DNA of 64,000 nucleotides from Saprolegnia diclina VS20 (Eukaryota): NCBI RefSeq assembly GCF_000281045.1, contig NW_008246076.1, positions 153,286 to 217,285 of the forward strand, read 5' to 3'. Shown piece by piece: positions 56,511 to 64,000 of this stretch (position 1 is its first letter; each line of letters starts with the position of its first letter). The notes under the pieces were generated by a model. It saw only the letters and a program-made list of their open reading frames with translations, ran no database searches and was not told where the DNA came from. The position numbers and the translations under genes were made by a program.

Positions 56511-57482
56511 GTTGCTTGTCGGCGGGTCCTGGAAATGACAAAGTGGCGGCTGCGACACAAAAATAGAAAAAGGCAGTGTATTAAAATACACTCATTATCT
56601 TGGTTTCAGTATACTTGATTGACTGGAGTGCCCCCGCTGGGCGACCCCTGTATCTAGAAACACGCCACCTCAGCCCCGCCAGCGAAAATGATCGGCGGCA
56701 TTGGCCTCGCGTTCGCCGTATCTATACGCCGTTCCGAGGTGAACAACAATACAGTCTGTATAGAGAGCCCACGATGGCCGCGATCAGATGCGAAATCAAG
56801 GGCGAGGCGCCCACCAACCTGCCGGAGGTTGGGTGGTTCTAGCCAATATCAACATTCCTCTCCCAGTCGGCGGCATGTTGCATTTCTCGTATCAGTCTCA
56901 CTGTCGAGGGTTGTCAGCACGTTGCCAGCCTGAGATTTCGTCGAAGCAGGTGGCCGACCCCCACCGCGAGAAGGTCCGAGTACCTTGAAGAAGGGTGCGT
57001 CGACATCTTTGCTATGCGTCCGAGATCCTTGAAGTGGATCCAAGCTCTTGCTTCTGGAAAGATCGCGTTCGGTTCAGCTCGCCACCGACAGCAAGCCGTG
57101 TCTTCACCATGTTTAGCGCGTGGGAGAAGGAATTTAACGCATGCAGAATGCAGAGCGACAACCGAGTACTGTTGCTTGGCTTGTGAGCCACGACCTCGCC
57201 ACCGCGTCCCATGCAACACGCAATACTGACTGAAACGATAATACATCTTCAAAATGAGACAGATATGAGAAATGGATTCAGGTGCAATACCGGTATGCAC
57301 GGCGCCAGAGTCGACCCCAAGCTACGAGGGCGTCCAGGCTCATGCACACAGTGTTCTGGGTCGCGATTCCATCGAGTCCTAGAAGCAGGAACGTTGGAGC
57401 TGTGGATTGAGTCCTTTTTCCGTACACAGAAAGTTACGGCATACAAAAGCATAGAGTGTGGATCTTTGCGAAGCGACGTGAG

Positions 57483-60432
57483 ATGGCGTCGACCAAGTCG
57501 CGGACAGGCCGCAAGGTGCTCGACACCAAGACGGGCAAGATCGTGGAAGAGGTGAAGGAAGACTCGATCCGCCTCCGTGTCTTTGATCCAGAGAATACAA
57601 GTGTCGCCACCAACCCGTACCGCGGCATTACCCGTGCCAACCTCCGCTTGTGCGTCAATGACTCTTCACCGACATGTGACCAAATATATGTAGAAAGGTC
57701 GTCAACCGCCTCTTTCACTGCAATGCGTACTATGCGCGGGACCCATTTGGCAGTACGTGGACACAATGTCTATAGTAGTGTTCATACGGTGTCTAGTGGT
57801 GCTCTGGCCGCGCGAATGGCAGCTCAAAATGATGCCCGCGACGCCCACCGAGTCGTGGTGCTACGACATCGTCGAGAGCGACGAGCCGCTGCCGTTGGAC
57901 GAGGCAATGGATCCGCGCTACGAAGGATACACGGTGATTAAAGTGGCCAACGTCCCAAAAGAGGTGCAAGTTCGACAATGAATGACATGCATCCTCAATA
58001 TATGCTAGTGCACCGAGATGGACTTGCGACATTGGCTTCTCCACGGTCTCCTCATGGACTATGACCAAATCAACGACGCGAAATTCAAGCTCTCGGTGCT
58101 GGCGAAGAAGAAGGACCTCCTCCTCGACCGTCTCGAGACCGTCGGTACCATGGAAGTGGTAGGAAACATTTGTGTGTTATTTCTTATTTTTGAAAATGTA
58201 CAAAATGACAATCTGACAAATGGCAGAGCGGAAAGAAAGCCGAGCAGATTGACACGCGGCAGCAAGTCACGCGGGCCATCAATTCGCAACAAAAGACTTT
58301 GGACAACCAAATTCAAACCACGAAAGACTGCATCAAACGCTGGACGCGGCTCTTTCTGAGCGAACCGATCACGCTGAGCTACCTCAAGGACGGCGTAGGT
58401 AGCATACTTATCCCAGCTACACTCGACTCGTTCTAGACTGAGCACCGCTTTGTCGACGCGGCCAAAGAGAACGTACGACACTCGATCTTTGCGATCGTCG
58501 CGACTTTTTTGCGGATAGGACAAGGAAAAATACCACTGGTTTGCCGATTTTAGGAGTTTGCGCGGCCAAGATCTGGCGCTCATGGTGCGACTCTATGATT
58601 CAAAAAACAATATGACATGTTTCTTCTGTAGGCCATCAACAAACGTGACTGGGGTGACCTCCGCTTGGCCAAGACGCGGCCTGTACCGTCTGTCTCGTGC
58701 GAAGAATTCGACGACCCGTCGCTCGAAGTCAACATGCGCATGGTGCGCATCTCCCGCATCAAGCACGGTCCTGGCGGTATGTAAATGTATCAATATATCA
58801 TTTTTACCTAGTTGGTATAGATTACTATGTCACGGACGACCTGCCGACCGACGACGATTTCCACTTTAGCTCGATCGACGCCATGTACCGTGGCACTTGG
58901 GTCGACGGCACAAAGCATGACCCCAAGGCCATCGAGTACACCAACTATGGCGTCTACAAGGGCAGCTACGAGTACAACGTCCGACGCGGCTACGGTATCA
59001 TACTAAACGAAATTCATGTCGCAAAAGGACAGGGGTAGGGGTCATGGTCTATGGCCGCGGCGACGAGTATGCGGGCGACTTTGACGTCCCCCGGTCCAAG
59101 TACGAGCTACGACCCAAGCCCGAGCCGTACCCCAAGCCCGTGCTCCCAACACAATTCCAGATCGGTGTGCCCCACGGTACGGGGACCATCAAGTTTGCAG
59201 ACGGCGCCACGTACAACGCACACACATGTATGCTGCGTATTTGAGGCGAGTAGGTACGACGGCGAGATGGAGAATGGTCAGGTCACGGGCCGCGGGCGCT
59301 ACGTCTCTTCCGCCGGTGTGGTTGAAGAAGGCATCTTCCTCGAAGGGCTTTTACACGGCCCGGGGTACCGCAAGGAACCCAATGGGTATTTGGTCGCGTC
59401 ACGTAACCCGAGCCCTACCCTACCCCTAGCTTGTGCGAAGAAGGTGTGTTTGAGCACGGTGTATTGAACGGGCTTGGCACGCAGACCAACCAGTACAACG
59501 ACGTCTATCGCGGCTCGTTTCGAGACGGTGGGCCCCGGTGGACACTAAATTTGACTGAGGAAAGGGTGGACGCAGGCGCCAAGTGTGGCCGCGGCGTTCT
59601 TGAAGGCCACGACGGAAGTACATTGACAGCGTTTTGGTACAATGACCTGCCGTCGGGGCGTGGTGACCTCGCGTACAACCAGACGCTGCCCTCAGATCCA
59701 GAGGTACTTTGTTTCAACTTGCACACTTTGTCGTATACCAGATGTAGACGCACGTTCGGTTTCTCTACGAAGGGTCGTTTAGTCAAGGCAAGGTCAAGGG
59801 CCGACACCGGCACATCGACGTCGACCATGCAACGATCGGGCACATTCCGTTCACAACGTATGGCAAGAGCCCGGTGCATTTGGCCTACCCCATGGCATTG
59901 GGCAGTGCGCTCTACAAGCAGCAGTGGCGTCGACACAAGTCGTCATGTTTCGAGTACAAAAGGCTATATATACCTGTAGGAACCTCCGTCGGCGCGCCGA
60001 CCGCGAAGATACGTACAAGGACGACCAAGAGCGTGCGAATCTCAAGTTGGCCTTGGACGCTCTATGCTGTTCTCATGCATGTCGACGGTGATGTAGACTG
60101 TACTACGAGCTGCTCGACGACTTTTACGAAGCGTGGGCCGATCACATTCGAGCGCTGAGCCACCCGGACGCACCGATGACCGAAGAGCAGCTCTTGCGGC
60201 AGCGCCAAGAACGGGTATCGCATTGGAGTCATTGCACTGAAAATGATGTCTTGTGAACCATTGACAATAGCTGCGGATTGGCAAACCAAAAAAGACTCTG
60301 GCGCACTTTCCGTCGTATCTCCAGCGGGTGCCACTGCGATTCAAGGATGCCATTACGCTTGGGCTCTTGGCCCATGAAAATGCCGAGGAAGAGACGCGCA
60401 TGCGCCGACGCCTCGTCGTTGCATCCGAGTAG
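57483..60432 (+). CDS. Multi-exon MORN-repeat protein
   Basis: YRGTWVDGTKH, YKGSYEYNVRRGYG, YAGDF, YDGEMENGQVTGRG, EEGIFLEGLLHGPG, YRGSFRDG; many short GT-AG introns; start MASTKSRTG, stop at 60430-60432. Confidence 0.8.
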
Positions 60433-60602
60433 CCCCCAAGCTGCTGTTTAAGCTCAAGACGCAGACCATATATCAAAACCTTCTTGCTGCACCATCGCTC
60501 GAGACTTTGCCGAGAAGGACCACTGCCGACGCATGGTGTTGCGTCTTGAAGCTGGTGCTTTAGTTCTTTGATGGCTATGTAATCGGAATACGACATCTGG
60601 AA

Positions 60603-60680
60603 ACCAAATCTGCTACCAAATCTGCTACCAAATGTGCTACCAAATCTGCTACCAAATCTGTAACCTGTTACCAAATCTGG
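60603..60680. repeat. Tandem repeat, about 5-6 copies of 12-bp ACCAAATCTGCT
   Basis: accaaatctgct accaaatctgct accaaatgtgct accaaatctgct accaaatctg ... accaaatctgg read directly. Confidence 0.95.
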
Positions 60681-60850
60681 ATACGCCGCAACGTGAACGC
60701 AGGTTTGCGTGGTACTCCTACTCGCGGCTGGGTACTCCACCGCTTCGGTGAATGCTGCCACCAAGTCGATTGCCGAGTCGACAAGTGCGGTCTGCGCCAC
60801 GTAGACCATTTGAAGCGTGTGGAATTAGATAACGTTAGGAAAACAAAGTG

Positions 60851-61576
60851 CTAGCGACGTTTGCGCTTCGGAATTGTTGTCGCCGGGCGCATTGCGTACG
60901 TCGTCGGCGTTGTCTCGGCCGACGCGAGCGCGGGCCAGTACCGAAACATGACCTCCGACAGCGCCAGCGTCACGACGGGTGTCGTAATGAGAAGCGCGTT
61001 CGTTGGTGCGCTGGATGGGTCGTGGAGCTGGCAGAGCAAAATGGTCTTCTTGACGTCTTCGCTGAGCCGTGTGAGCACCTAGAGAGAGGCGGCGTCCTAC
61101 CTCTGCTCACGTTGATAGCGATACCTGCATGCTCGGCCACGACAGCGGTTTGTTGGCCGGATCCAAGTACACGAGGTACTCGGAATGCACGTCGTCCGGC
61201 GACGCGCTGTAGAGCGCAAAGAGCGTCCCGTAGGCCAGGCCCGACTGCACAATCCATCCTTGCGACCGGTAGTGGTGGTACACGGCGTAGCGCGCCGGAA
61301 AGGCCGCATCACGCCTACGCATACGTATGAGCGCTCGTAAGGTCCATGGAGGGCTCGTCGTTCGTACGCGGCAAAGCTCGCGTAGGCAGTGGGCAGCGCC
61401 ATCGAGGCAAACGCGATGCGCCCGAGCGCTGCAAGGTACACGCTTTCTTCGAGCGAGAGCCATCGCGTGGCACCGTCAACGGCGCCGTATCGGCCAGCGG
61501 CCAGCCATGCGTCATGGTCTCCGTCGATGGCGACCGTCACGGCGCCCGCGCCGGCTTCGTACGTTGCTGTGGCCAT
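60851..61576 (-). CDS. SEN2: tRNA-splicing endonuclease catalytic subunit, Sen2-like, 3 exons
   Basis: WLSLEESVYL; FPARYAVYHHYRSQGWIVQSGLAYGTLFALYSASPDDVHSEYLV; LTRLSEDVKKTILLC. Confidence 0.82.
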
Positions 61577-61844
61577 GCCCACCGATCTTGGCTGCCAGTC
61601 CCGTTGGCGTTTAATTGGGTGTCACTCTGTGTGTTTAAAACACGCGTTTAAAACATTTAGATAACACCGTTCACCAGGTCGCGTCTCTCCTGCCGATGAC
61701 ACTGAAGCAGGATAACGATACCGTAGACCTACCGTGGCTCAGATGGCGTCTTTAATGACCCGTACGGGATAGATCCCTTGCTGTTGTTGCTTCCTACTTT
61801 TGTAAATGCCACTATATGCTTAAATTTCTGTGTGAAGAGAAGAC

Positions 61845-61917
61845 ATCAGCTTGGTGTAGTGGTTATCACGTCTCGTTTACACCGAGAAGGTCACCGGTTC
61901 AAACCCGGTAGTTGATA
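61845..61917 (+). tRNA. trnV-UAC: tRNA-Val (anticodon UAC), intronless
   Basis: Acceptor ATCAGCT/AGTTGAT, D-arm TGGTGTAGTGGTTATCAC, anticodon stem TCTCG-tt TAC ac-CGAGA, T-arm ACCGG-TTCAAAC-CCGGT, discriminator A, T-run downstream. Confidence 0.93.
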
Positions 61918-62843
61918 TTGTTTTGCATTTTTGTTGGTGACAAGTATGGCGAAATTGGTTGTTGTTGAAGTGGGTCGTCTATTAAAATAGATACGTCAAT
62001 CTACGCTAAATAAAATTGTCGGACTTTCTTCGTTGTGTAGGCGCTGGTGATGATCTTGATCTCGGCCGGCGGAGGCAGGAGCGCGATCCGCGGGACAAGG
62101 TGCTGGCGCGGCCACTCGTGTTGACCGAGGAGCCGGAGAAGGCGACGTAGAGCCATCTGCCCTGGGTTTTGAACGAGGCTGTGGTGCAAGTGCATTTGAG
62201 CGACACGCGCCGCTTTGACGGCAATCGTCCATGGGCTGGGCAGTGGAAAGTCGGCAGTATGGCGAAATTGGTACCAGGGGCCATTCATCTCGAAGCACCT
62301 CACCCAAGCTCGAATAAGGTCCCTGCGTCTCGACAATTTTCAGTGATGCAAGAGAAATAAAAATTGCCCTTGGTTGATGGCAACCCGAGAGCTTGAGGGC
62401 CCTAGCGCGAACGCTCTCCTGGGGCGCGTCTTCGCCTTTGCACGCTCCTCGGCTCATCGGCTCATCTGCTCGACGTCATGCAAGACTAGCACCTGAATAG
62501 TACTACACAATAACTAACCGACGTATAGTATACCGTTGCATTCTTGGATTTATCAACAAGGAGGACGCGACGATGACTATTCCCGGCTCATACTTGAGTA
62601 GAATTCCAGTTCTCGGTCTGACCTCGCCGACGCAAGGTCGCGGACGCCGCAAATATTTTTACTCGACCGACGACCGCGATCAAACTAAAGCTGTGTACAC
62701 ATCGACAAAGCAACCTGCGCGCTTTGTCTCTGCCAGCGGCTAAAGAGGCGTGCGTTTAGCCCATGCCATCGTTATCCGGATGACCAATGGTTGTCGCGCT
62801 TCAAGGTGCACGCACAACTGGACACTGGACGACGACGCAGAGC

Positions 62844-64000
62844 ATGACACCGGTGCCGTACGACCAGTTCACCAAGGACGAGCTGCTCCAGGTGGTGCGC
62901 AAGCTGCGCGAGTCGCCCGACAACCTCGCGCACGCGGTCGACACGGTGGCGCGGGCCGTGCGCAGCGGCGAGCCGCAGACCAAGAAGCAGAAGAAGCTGG
63001 CGTACAACCAAAAGCCGCCCAAGCCCTTTGACTTCAGCCGCTTCCGCACCCGCCACATTGCGCTCAAGTTCTCGTACGCAGGCGAAAAGTACGCCGGGTT
63101 TGCCCGCCAAGACCACATGGAGGTCGATCCGGCTGTCTCTCTGCCAGGAGCTTATCCTTGGCTTAGCACACGATCGAGCGGTATCTCATCGATGCGCTGC
63201 ACCGCGCGCGGCTCATTGAAGACTTCAACAAGTGCGGCTACTCGCGCTGCGGCCGCACTGATGCCGGCGTCAGGTAGTCCGCACCCACCCGCCTTCCCAT
63301 CGCCAAACCGCCGAGCGTAGCGCCCTCGGGCAAGTCGTCGGGCTCATCGTGCGCTCGAATGTGCCCACGGACGCAGTGCTTCTCGACGACAAGAACATCG
63401 ACGACATTCTCCCAAACGAGCCCTTCCGCATCCAGCTCCCGGACGGTACCATCAAGACGCTCACCGAGCTCGACTACCCAGTCTCGCTCAACTCGGCGCT
63501 GCCGGCCGTACGTTTGGCTATCAGCATGCATATCTCTATGGATTGCATAGGACATTCGCATCTATGGCTGGGCGCCGGCGCCGCGGGCCGAGTGGAGTGC
63601 GCGCTTTGACTGCATCGGCCGCGTATACAAGTACTTTTTCCATCGACGCCGGATGGACTTGACGGTATCGATTCCTCATTTTGTGCGATGCGCAGTGGAG
63701 CATGCTATGATGCTAGCGCATGCGGGAGGCAGCGGCGCTTCTCCAAGGCGTCGACATGGACCACCGCAACTTTTGCCGCATGGACCCAAACGTCCTAGCG
63801 TTCAAACGCTCGATCTCGTCGTTCAAGATTCACGAAGCCGAGCCCGTCGACGCCAGCGGAGATGAATACTACCAGCTGTGCTACCTCGAGGTATCCGATT
63901 GAACTCTATCCAATGGTTGTTGGATTCGGTTTTGGATAGATCCATGGCAAGGCCTTCTTGTGGCATCAAGTCCGCTGCATGGCAGCCGTGTTGTTTCTCG
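62844..64000 (+). CDS. PUS3: tRNA pseudouridine synthase, TruA family (Pus3/Deg1-like), runs off window end
   Basis: KPFDFSRFRTRHIALKFSYAGEKYAGFARQ, YSRCGRTDAGVS(A)LGQV, ELDY...LN..LP.DIR, SARFDC..RVYKYFF, HRNFCRMD, GKAFLWHQVRCMAAVLF. Confidence 0.93.

Noticed and set aside
56773..57186. Possible small exons (MAAIRCEIKGEAPTNLPE...) between the C2 and MORN genes
   Set aside because: Could not assemble a convincing spliced ORF or recognise any domain.
1..64000. Transposon, retroelement or viral genes
   Set aside because: No reverse transcriptase, integrase, transposase or capsid motifs, and no LTR/TIR pairs seen by eye.

Overview
Eukaryotic, gene-dense, GC-rich window from an oomycete, most likely Saprolegniales (Saprolegnia/Achlya-like). 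This is inferred from very short GT-AG introns (about 35-55 nt), oomycete INR/FPR core-promoter motifs and lineage-typical gene families. It holds roughly 27 protein-coding loci, one tRNA-Val(UAC) gene and an 849-nt assembly gap (17557-18405). Recognisable genes: expansin-like (partial), a giant twin-repeat membrane protein, CCDC42/CFAP73-like, SET-MYND, TMEM144, a LARP6-like La protein with an extra cold-shock-like domain, a two-domain LicD protein, three MATE transporters (one broken), an IQ-repeat protein, a bacterial-type GDPD, THG1, a decayed ankyrin-like gene, three calpains (one lacking the catalytic Cys), a PAN/Apple protein, a PLOD-type glycosyltransferase, a double-C2 protein, a MORN protein, SEN2 and PUS3. 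The most interesting signal is a tandem pair of intronless genes (36811-39799) that align by eye with bacterial haemolysin E/ClyA pore-forming toxin. Both appear to lack its hydrophobic beta-tongue and carry acidic YEVI/YEII motifs. All family calls are by-eye motif recognition with no database search, and exon boundaries of multi-exon genes are approximate.
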